Shown here: positions 51,501 to 61,437 of the stretch, piece by piece | Layout of the letters: each line of letters begins with the position of its first letter | Numbering within the stretch: position 1 is the first letter of the stretch | NCBI GenBank assembly: GCA_001724265.1 | Contig: MEDY01000048.1 | Location: 1 to 64,000 of the forward strand | Direction: 5' to 3' | DNA: 64,000 bases | DNA from: Rhizaria sp. SCN 62-66 | Lineage: Eukaryota | Made by a program: the position numbers and the translations under genes | Notes under the pieces: generated by a model | Databases searched by the model: none | Seen by the model: only the letters and a program-made list of their open reading frames with translations | Told to the model about the DNA's origin: nothing

Positions 51501-54500
51501 GGCTGCGTTTCCGGCGCTTGTCGACATCACGCGTCGCCGCCCGCCGGCTGTGCTCTCGCCTGCGCTTATGCAACCTCTCTTCTCGAACACCGCCAACACT
51601 GACGCGGGCGCGAGCAGTAATAATATGCGCGCGAGTGTCCACGCCAGCGCTGTGTCGGTGCCGACGATGGCGCAAGCGCAGGCCCACGCCGCCACCGCGG
51701 CCGCGCGCCGGAGCGTCCGTCACCTCCAGCGCGCAGCTTGGGCCGTGCTGGAAGCCGCTCTGGCCCGGTCCACAGTCACTCTGCTGACGCAGGTCTCCTC
51801 GGCCGCAGGCGCAGACAGCGAGGCCGCCGCGGCGGTCGCAGCGGGCGGCGGCGACGGGCTCACGTTGTCGCATCTGGCACGCGTCTCTGAGCACGCATGG
51901 GACGCGTTGGCTGCGGAGCACGCCGCGGCCCCGCCGGTCTCCGTTCCTCTGTACGCGCGCTCGACACCTGGGAACAACAACACCACGAGCGAGGCTGACA
52001 CTGCGACTGCAACTGCGACGCAGATTGACTGCGGCACGGTGGGTTGGAGCGCAAGCGTCGCAGCCGTCGGATGGACTGGCGCCGATACACTCGCGCTCGC
52101 GGGACCCTTACATTTCCTGGCTACTTACATGACCACAGTCGCCGCGCACCCGCAGTTCGGCGCCCCCGCCCTCTCACTACCTGGAAATCGCAGCCCCGCC
52201 GCCGCCGCCGCCGCCACCAGTCAAAGCGAGGGCTCTAAGAAGATGACTGAAGACGCAACTCCTGACTCTGCGGCTATCGGCGGTGCCGCCGCTGGCGACA
52301 CGACTGAGGGCTTTTTGACCGCACTCGCAGCGCAGGCCGCGCGGGTCGAGAACGAGTACTTAGCACTTACATCAAGTTCCTCTTCGGAGCAACATGTAAA
52401 TACCCCCTTAGACGTGGTCAAGGTGCCGCTGTTGGCGCGCTTTGTTCTCACGCAAATTGCGGCGACGCACTCGAACTCGGATTCAGACTGCGCGAGCAGC
52501 AGCAACGGTGCCCTTGCGACATCTGTCATTGACGCCGTCACTAAGAACATTGCCTCAAACAAGAACACCACTGCGGTTACTGTTAGCGCTGCTCAGGTGA
52601 CGGAGACTAGGATCAGCGCGAATACGGCGTTGGTCCTGACTCCGGCCCCCGCGGCCCCTGCTCCTGAGTCTTCGCTTCCCTACCCTTCTTTGCCGTGCTC
52701 TGAGCCAACGCCCGCCGCCGTCGCCGCCGCCGCGCCCGCCGCCGCCGCCGCCTCCGCCGCCGCCGCCGAGTTGCTGCTGGCGGCCACGGAAAGCACTGCT
52801 ACTGCAAAGACGCGTGTCCGCGCGGCGCTTGCGGTGGCTGCGGCGCAGTCGCCTGTGCTGACGGATCTGAGGCTCGCGATCGCACGGTTGCTGCGGGCGC
52901 GGCGAGCACTTGCCTCTGCTGCCACCGCGGCTGCTTCTGTTTCTGCATCTACAACGCCAGCGACTGCAATTGCGCCGGAGACTTCTCAGAGCGGCGGGGC
53001 CACGAGCAGCAGCGCCTCTAGTTCGAGTGGCAACTCGCGCAGCAGTAACGCCACGCTGCTTTCGCCTGCTCTGTTCACGTCTTTGCTCGCAACTGCGCTC
53101 GGTGGCGGCTACGATGCGTGTGGCAAGTTAAGCCGCCTCCCGGCAGCTGCCAGTAGCGTCGACCGTAATAGTGCCTTGTTAGTCGCTGAATGCGCTCTGT
53201 CACTCAAGGAAAGTGCAATCACTGCGGAATGCATTCATTCGTCGAACGCGTGCAGTGCGAGTGCGAGCGCTTTGTTTGATGCAGTGAGTCGTTTGCAGTT
53301 AGCTTGCGCCGGCGCCGCTGCTGCTGTACCTGTTCTGTTCTCAGAAGGTCTGCCTGTCTCTGCGCTGTCGCTGGCGCTACGGATCACCCTCGACCCCACA
53401 GTCACGCGTCTCATGCGCACGCTCTGCAATCGCAACAGCACTCGCAACAACTACAGCGACCGCATCAGTGACAAGAACGCTAGCTGCCATCTCTCGGTGA
53501 ATGTTGACTCTGTTGCTGCTGGTTTAGCGAATGCTCCAGTGCCGACTGAGTGTGTGCGCACTCTCATCCCTGCGTCCCTGGCGCTGCTGGCTCTCGTCTC
53601 GGCGCACACTGGCACCGACTCCGGTGTCGGCGCCCGCGGGCCCCGCGCGCTGCGAGCGCTCATCACCGTGTGCGAGCGTGCGTTCGTCGCGGCGTCCGCA
53701 GTTGCGCTCAATCTCCACAACACGCACCACAGTCACGACGACAACAACAGGAACAATGTGAGTGGCATCGAGACTGAGAGCACTGAGGCTGAGAACGCGA
53801 GTGCGAGCGCGAGTGTGATTTGGGTGCCGCTGCGTCCGACACCACAATCACTGCTGCTGCCAGCGCTGCTGGACTCGGTCTCGCCAGGTGGCGGCCTATT
53901 AGCCGTCATCACGGCCGCCGCCGCCGCCCCCTCAGCGGGCCTCACCCCGGTACCCCTGGGCCGCAGCCGCAGTCACGGCGCAAACCGCACCGCTGCAGCT
54001 GCCGCAAGCCAACTTAGCGAGCGTAACAACGCCAAGACCGCGACTCCCATCGCCAGAGCGTTGATCGCGGCCGCGCACCTGCCTCTGTCCCCCGCCTTCG
54101 ACGTTCTCCTGCTGCCTTCGCTGCCCATCACGCCGCCGCCGCTGTCGGGCGCCGGCAACCTGGGGTGGGCGTTAACGCCGGTCGCCGCCACCGTCGCCGT
54201 CTGCGTCCGCGAGGCCGCCGAGGCCGAGGCGCGATCCGCGCGCGCCGCCGCCGCCGGGGCCCGGGCCGTCGCCGAGGTCGCGGCCGAGTTGTCCCGCGCC
54301 GCAAACGCTGTCGTGCTGGATGCCCGCGTTGTGGCGGCGCTTGAGGCTGAGCTTGCAGAGACCAAGGCGGCCGTGGCCAAGAGTGCCGCCGCGATGCGCG
54401 CCCGGGCCGAGGCCGGCCGCACGGCGAATCAGGCCGCGCTGAGGCTGCTGCTCGATGGCGTTGTTGTTGCGACGGCGCCTTTGGTCGCAGCTGCGAGGCG

Positions 54501-55803
54501 CGGGTTTGATTCTGGAGTAGTTACGACTGCCGAATCCAGTGTGGATACAGCTATGGTTGTCGTGAATGTTCCCGGGACTGACTTCACGCTCGCGATTTCG
54601 AACAACTCTCGCAAGATCAGTCAGACTGCGGAAAACGCGGCTTATGTCGCCGCGGGTAACACATGGCCTTCACGGTCCTTCGGCGCCCTGCTGGCGTCGC
54701 ACGCACATCGGGCTGTGATCGAGATCACACGCGCTCCTGGGCGTCTCGCTGCCGCTACAGTCACCCCCAACAACAGCAATACCGACAACAACCCTATCGC
54801 AAGCACCGAGACGAAGAAGGATGAAGGTGTGTTGTTGCGTTCATTAGTGGAGCAATTGCTGTTTGGTGTCGCTCTGGCTGGCCCTATCGCCACCGCCACC
54901 CGTCTAAGTACCCCCTTAGACACGGCGGTTTGTCTAAGTAGAACCTCACCGCGCTACTTAGTTGCAGACCTGGAGGCCCCGCGCCACACTGATGCCCCCT
55001 CTGTGCAACGCGTTTGGGGCTCCGTCTCGGCTAATCCCACCGCAAACAACAGTAACAACAACACTAGCGGTAATAATGCGGGCAACGCCAACAGCACACA
55101 GACCGCAGCCGGAGCGTCTTCACTGCAGCCCGCTGCCGCGGCCGCGGCGCTGCACTCGCGCGCGTACCAGCTCTTCGGTGACGCGCTTGAGAGCTTCCTT
55201 TCTGAAGGCGGTGGCGATACACTGGCGTCCGCGGCGCTGGCACCGCTGCTCTCATCGCTGTGCAGGGCCAGGGACTTCCGACGCCGCGTGTGGCGCGAGC
55301 TGATGCTGCCAGCTGCGCGGTCAGTGGTGCTGCCTACGGTCACTTCCGCGCGCGGCCACTCTGCCGGCGCCGATGCTGAGGCTGATGCTGAGGCTGATGC
55401 TGGCTGTGGGACTGCAGCGGCGACCGCTCACTGTCACTCTGGTTGCCGCAGTGTGATTCGCAGTCAGACGCCGAGGGCCACGCCGATCGCGTGGTACCTG
55501 GGCGCTGCTGGTGCGACCGCGATCTACGCGCCCGCCAGTGAAGTGATCGGCGTGAAAGCGCCGTTGGACGCCCCTGATGTCGTCGACCTGTGCTTGACTG
55601 CACTTAAGGGCGACGCCAACCGTGGCGTGTCGCTTCTCAAGCCCGCGACACAGCCACTGACGTACGCCGTGGCTGTTGCGCAGGCCGCGGCGAAGCTGTC
55701 GCTGCAGGGTGGCGTCGGTATGACTGTGGGGCAACTGGGGCTGGGGGAGAAGGCGAGGGTCGATGTCGAGGCGGCGGCCGAATCGAAGCTATATACGCTC
55801 TGA
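45652..55803 (+). CDS. RPAP1: RNA polymerase II-associated protein 1 (RPAP1/Rba50/IYO) homologue, 3383 aa, single long exon
   Basis: RPAP1_N-type EIAAFSRENDAALARMSAAELAAEQEELMASLSPAVIAMLR (~48109-48235); RPAP1_C-type RVDLSG...LLHHSAQAARPGYTLSELTDLARSAVAGQRALAL (~49280-49500); later LLPRLRYL and AAHSARACELVW..P.L helical segments. Confidence 0.85.
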
Positions 55804-56143
55804 ATTGAGAAATTATATAACTATACGAGAAGTACTGTACGGATACTTAATTTTAATTTATTACTTAAATACACACACACATGCACTTTATTCTTCCATA
55901 CGATTGTGTCCGTGAAAGTAATTTCGCCTCAAGAGTTACTGTGACTGCTGGCGGCAACCCTGAACGGACCGGACGAGAGAAGTGATGAAATGCCGGTAAC
56001 TTTGAAGGAGCAAAAGTCATCCTATATTCCGATAACTAAAGTCCGCAACGAAAACCAGAAATCAAAACTAACAACATATTCTAAATATTTAACAAATTCT
56101 CTATTGCTGTCTTGCTTGTTTCCCTTTACGTGCAGGACCGAAG

Positions 56144-56839
56144 ATGAACCTCGTGACGGCCACGACCCCCTACTCCCAAGCCGTGAAATCGTTCTTAGAG
56201 AACCCGCGTGAAGTGTACGCGGTGCGGTTCATCCGTCCCGACGTCGGCAAGGAGCGCAGCCCCGTGCTGAAGCACGTCTACAAGGTCGCCTCGGTCACCC
56301 AGCAGGTCACCATGGGCGCCCTCGTCTCCGGTGTCATGTTCGGTGGCTTCTCCACCCTCATGGGCCTTTTCGCTGCCAGCGCCATGGCGTCTGACCCTAC
56401 TAAGACTGTCACCATGACTGACAGCTTTAAGGACATGATGCAGACCCTGCGCCGCCGTGCGCGCTCGGGCTTCCGCAGTGGCGCCATGATCGGCGCCGCA
56501 TTCGCCTTCACAGACCCCATCTCCGACACCGTACGCACACTTACCGTTCTCATATATTTATCACGTCAACAACTACCTCTTGTCTTAGGAACGTCACATG
56601 TTAATATACAATCTATTGTGCGTCTTTTCTCACACTGTTTCTCTTTATGTGCCTTGCTTTGCGCGCGACATGCTGTTGCGTAGTATTTCGGCCACTCGCC
56701 TTTCATGCAGGGCTTCTCCGCAGGCCTCCTCGTCGGCCTCCGCGGCGGACCCATGATGACGCTCGGCTCTGGCATCGGTTTCGGCATGTTCGGCTACGTT
56801 ATTGAAGCCTCTGGTATCCGCGAGAAGATGGGCTTCTGA
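56144..56839 (+). CDS. Tim17/Tim22/Tim23-family mitochondrial translocase, Tim22-like; exons 56144-56530 and 56684-56839
   Basis: GxxxG-rich TM helices: GALVSGVMFGGFSTLMGLFAAS, SGFRSGAMIGAAF, GFSAGLLVGLRGGPMMTLGSGIGFGMFGYVIE. Intron GTACGC..TAG of 153 nt, phase 0. Confidence 0.8.
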
Positions 56840-57702
56840 GAAGCTCGTCAGGCACGACATGAATCGGGTGAGTCACAGTAAGTGACTCGGGTACGTGCCT
56901 CGTGTGTGGTGGCAATGCTCTCTCTCTTTCTCTCTCGATTTTTCATAAGCGGGGGTTGACTTTGTCAAGGCGTTGACACTTTGCATCCGGAGTGAGATAC
57001 TCACGATTTAATTTCGTACTGAGCAACGACATCAAGCCCCTCCTCGTCAGAAAGCGCGCATCCGTCCCCACTCGTGTTGAGTAGTATTATTATTTGTAAC
57101 ATGTAGCCCATTTTTGAACGCGACTTTGCGCAGTAGTCACCAGAACTTGCTGTGCATATTAAGTTGTCGTGGTTGATTTCGCTCGCTCAGGTCAACTAAT
57201 GGGGCCAGTTGGTAAGCTTTGCGACGCTCGCTACTTGTACATATAATACACTTCAAGACAACTGCAAGGATAGATTGTGCTTCCAGGGTTCACAGTTTGG
57301 GGCAAAGACCGATTTTTTATGGTATTCTGTTGAATTTAATCGCTGAACTGTCTACCCCTATTAACTTAAGTCATTCTTCTCGTCACACGTGATCATTCTT
57401 TTTCACATGAATGAAGGAGGGAGTAATCCTTTCAGTCTATCAAAATTAGACTTGACCGATACGCCGATCACATCTTGTTGCGCCTCTGATACAAGCAAAT
57501 ACGTGATAAAATAGAACACCGGCGTGTTAATTCGCAAATTTCGATACTGTTGTACATGTCAATTGAATGGTATTTTCTGAAATATTGTTTTGGATGCACT
57601 TATCTCGAAAATGCAAAACAACACAACCCTCTAACACAACCCTCTCAAATGCGCCCTAAATGTGGCTTCCACCTCACTTGACACATCACAGACAGTCTCA
57701 AC

Positions 57703-58077
57703 ATGGGCAACTGTCGTACGTAATCATTTTCTACGACTAAATCTATCCTGATTATCACAAATTCACATCATTTACGCATATGTTTCGCCATTTTTTCATC
57801 CCTCGAGCAGCCACTCACCTTCTCCTCGTTCTCGTATCTGTGTCCGTTTCTGTTAGATGGCCACCACAACGGTGTCGCCCACGGCCACGGCCACCCCCCG
57901 GGCCACCGTCCCGGAAGCCCCAGGGGCGGGCACGGCCACGGCGGCCACGGCTCCGGCCACGGCCACGGCCACGGCCATGGCGGCGGCCACGGTGGTCCCG
58001 GCGGCCCCGGCGGCCCCGGCGGCCACGGCGGCCACGGCTCCGGTCACGGCCACGGCGGTCCTGGTGGCCGGCATTAA
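57703..58077 (+). CDS. 77-aa His/Gly-rich peptide with N-terminal MGNC; exons 57703-57715 and 57857-58077
   Basis: ATGGGCAACTGTC|GTACGT...TTAG|ATGGCCAC gives MGNCHGHHNGVAHGHGHPPGHRPGSPRGGHGHGGHGSGHGHGHGHGGGHGGPGGPGGPGGHGGHGSGHGHGGPGGRH*. The 141-nt intron has the typical donor. This frame is not in the supplied ORF track. Confidence 0.85.
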
Positions 58078-59091
58078 GTAACTCAGTAGACTGCCGCAAC
58101 AAGGTCTGCGTGAACGCGCTCTGAAGGAGAGCTTCGCAACGCAACGGTTGTTGTCTCTGAAATACGTGGTTGTCTCTGATGACACGTATCAACGACAGCC
58201 ACAGCCAACACTTGAAACAAAATCGGCACAATATGCGCTACATGTCAAATACTCGTCTGTGCGTATTAGCCGTCGTTCCTGTGAGTGGTTGTCACCACCG
58301 AGAATAAGATTGAACTGACTTGATAACTGATTCGTGAAAAACAAGCAAGATGACTCATTTGCACCGACTCGAGTTTATTGATTGATTTCCCAGTGACACA
58401 GAATAGCCGCAACTCAGAACGTGCGACAGTCTGCTATTCTGTTGTTGCGTAAAACTTGTAATGTAACAGAGCGGTGCGTTGACACGTTAGAAGATCGCAT
58501 GAGCGGACTACGTGGATATGAAGCTTCTCTCTTGCATCTGTGCTCCTATATTGAAGAAATATGGATGACAAAAGTGTTTATAGACTAGATTCGTCTTTAT
58601 GAATACAAAAATATCCGTCTTTCTCACTCAGAAGTTTGGAACATCTCAGTGTAACGTTTACTTAAAGCTGTTTTATGCGTCGTAGAAATAACGACACAAG
58701 TACAAAGCGGATATTTCTGACTTGGATAAGTCTGCAGTTACGTCAGTCAAGTTGTTTCGGATGTGAAACACTCGTTTGTTCAGTGCTCGACTATGTTTAA
58801 GGGAATGTGGTGAAACGCGGACTTGGCTGGCGGCACGGCGCCAGTGGCGAGAAGACGAGGGGTCACCCGAGGCCGGTTTCAGAACGAATTAGGCTCGATA
58901 TCTGATCTGTCGAATGACAATAACATAGCGTTGTTGCTATCATACATCTTGTTTTGTTTCTTATTTGTTTATTTTGAGTCACTTTCCCCCGATATTGGCT
59001 GCTGCATCCCGACTCACGCACACGCCTTTCTGACCGCTCCTCCCCTCTCGCCTTCTTCTTTTCCTTGCTCCTGCAGAGCAACTAGTTTCCC

Positions 59092-61087
59092 ATGGGCAAC
59101 GAGATGAGCGGTCGTACGTACAAAGCACTGTTTTAATGCTATTCTTTAAGTTCAAATCCTCTCAACGTCATGTTATATCTTAGATATCTCTGGCGGAAAC
59201 CTTGGCTTTCTGCACTGTTGACTCCGAACCCCAACTCTTCTTCCCGAACGTTTCCACACCAAGCGATCCTGATACAATCATTACCAACCCGCTCACATCC
59301 ACGCTCCCTACATCCCTCTCTACTCGTCCCTAGACGGCGGCGACGACCACGGTCATTCACATGGCGGTGTTCCTTGCGACGGCAACCATGGTGCCCCGGC
59401 GCCGGCCCCGGCCTCCCACGGCCACAGCCACGGCCCCGGCCAGCCGCCGTGCCACGGCCACGGCCCTGCGCCCGCCCCCGCGCCCGCCGCGACCCACTCA
59501 CACGGCGGCAAGGCCTGCAACCACAACCACGGCGGGCCCGCGCCCGCGGCCTCGCATGGCCACTCCCACGGAGGGAGCGGCGGCGGCGCCGGCCACGGTC
59601 ACTCGCATGGCGGCAACGATGGCGGCCACGGGCACTCGCACAACGGTGTCCCTTGCCACGGACACGGCGGCGCTGGCGAAGGCATGGATCCCCACATGGC
59701 CCGCAAGCTCCGCGCGGTCGAGCTCTTCATGAAGACTATGATGCTCCCTAAGTACGAGAAAATACTATTGACGACTCAATTCTTATCGAATTATTTATTA
59801 GATATAATATGGTTAATCTTGTATTATATACGCACGCTTATTTTTATTTCGTGATTCACTCATATATGTCTTCATTTCTCCTGTTATATCCCAGGCTCCC
59901 CGTTGTGTTCGCTCACTTCCACAAGACGGACAAGACGGCCGAGCAGCTCGCCGCCGCGGGCTCCACCGTCTCCGGCGGCGTCACCGTGCCCAACAATGCC
60001 GACGAGAGTATGACCCGTGACGAGTTCCGCGAGGTTGTCTACGCTATCAACTCCGCCACGGCGCGCGCCGACCGCCACGGGGTGGTGCGCCCCAGTGAGG
60101 TCGCTGACATGGAGAAGATGTTCCTGGGTATGATGGGCATCAAGCCGGCGTCGGATGATGACGACACGGTTAAGATCCCGCAGCCGCTGTTCTTGCGCTT
60201 TGCCGGGATGATCATGCAGCGCATTGCGCTCCAGCGCTACGACGCCATCCCCTATCTCCTCGAGGTTCGTTTACTAACTCTTTAACAAGGATATCTCGCA
60301 TCTCGTTAAACAAGCCGCTATTCCCTAGATTTGAATGAGCTATACTATACGTCTTAAAAGATTTAACATTGTATTAATCTTGTGATGCTTTTTTGTTTTT
60401 TTCTTCTCAACAGGAGTGGGGCCTGCCACCTAAGTGCCCCAAGATCCCCCTGACTCCCTCGGACGACATGCGCGAGCGCATCACTGCCTACGTCTATGAC
60501 CAGGTCGTCCCTTTCCTCACCACGTTCATCCTCGCTGCCGTCGAGGAGAACAAGGACTCCGAGTCCGCCGCCGCCCGCTGCGGCCTTACGGCCGTCGTCG
60601 ACAGCATTCTCGCTGGGCTGGAGGAGGCCGACACCGAGTTCAGCAAGCAGGCCGCTGCTGTCGTCAAGCGCATCCCTCAGGAGGAGGTGGTCAAGGCGCT
60701 CAAGGTCGACGAGAGCGATAAGGACGCGCACCCGCGTCTCGTCGTCTTCCACGTCGTCACTCAGGTACGCACGACTATATATATTCACTACATGTCGTTT
60801 TTGGCATTCTTCAGAATCCTAAAGCTAAAGGAAACTGTTTTAGCAACAGAACCACCTGGTAAACCCTGATTTTATGTTTAATTCTACGTGATTGTGACAT
60901 CATGTAATCGCTCACCGATGTCTCTCTCACCCCCTTGTATTGCTTCTGCGACTGACTGTAGATGCTGACGATGCTGCTGGGCATGGAGCCGGAGACGGCG
61001 AAGTTTGTCTTCAAGCGCTGGGGCATCGAGTTTGTGGTGCGCTTCTTCGATGACGCCATCCACGCTGACGGCACGGCGCAGCAGTAA
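59092..61087 (+). CDS. ~428-aa protein: MGN start, HGHSHGG/PCHGH repeat region, then an unknown helical domain; 5 exons (59092-59113, 59334-59751, 59895-60264, 60414-60764, 60962-61087)
   Basis: Four GT-AG introns join in frame (1287 nt in total): MGNEMSGHGGDDHGHSHGGVPCDGNHG...HGHSHNGVPCHGHGG...FMKTMMLPKLPVVF...YLLEEWGLP...VVTQMLTMLLG...GTAQQ*. Confidence 0.82.
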
Positions 61088-61437
61088 GCGACACCATGAC
61101 TCTATATCACCGGACCATCTGTCGCTCATGTAAGACGTCGTCGGAAATGTTGATGACGTCGATGATAAAGCTTAAGTAAACTAATACATCAATTTACAAT
61201 AGGTTCTCTCCCTACATACACATGACGCGGGTAAAAATAAGAGTTGTATTGATTGGCGGAGCATTAAAAATGATATATCATACGCACGCTGCTCGACTGA
61301 AGCATGTCGCTTTGACAATAATAACTGGGTTTCATCTCTGTTTTTAAAAATCGTAATAGGTCTTTCAAAAAAAAAGTATTGATTGGAGAACAACAACAAA
61401 CTGTAATTGACGTTGTCCTCGCTACTTGTTGTTGAGC

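Larger units (their letters stand above)
7021..54921. repeat. Dispersed 20-bp imperfect palindrome, consensus GTCTAAG-TACCCC-CTTAGAC, inside exons
   Basis: Near-full copies start at 7021, 16408, 25853, 30990, 33887, 42555, 48462, 48749, 52394 and 54902; several half-sites also occur. Confidence 0.75.

Noticed and set aside
22551-55734. Many overlapping and antisense ORFs, including poly-Cys and poly-Leu ones
   Set aside because: Expected by-products of GC-rich, CAG/GCN-repeat coding sequence; no domain motifs.
57780-58231. ORF-track Arg/Pro-rich and Ala/Thr-rich ORFs here (and 59139-59751)
   Set aside because: These are shadow frames of the GGC-CAC repeats; the spliced His/Gly frame has a proper start, splice sites and stop.
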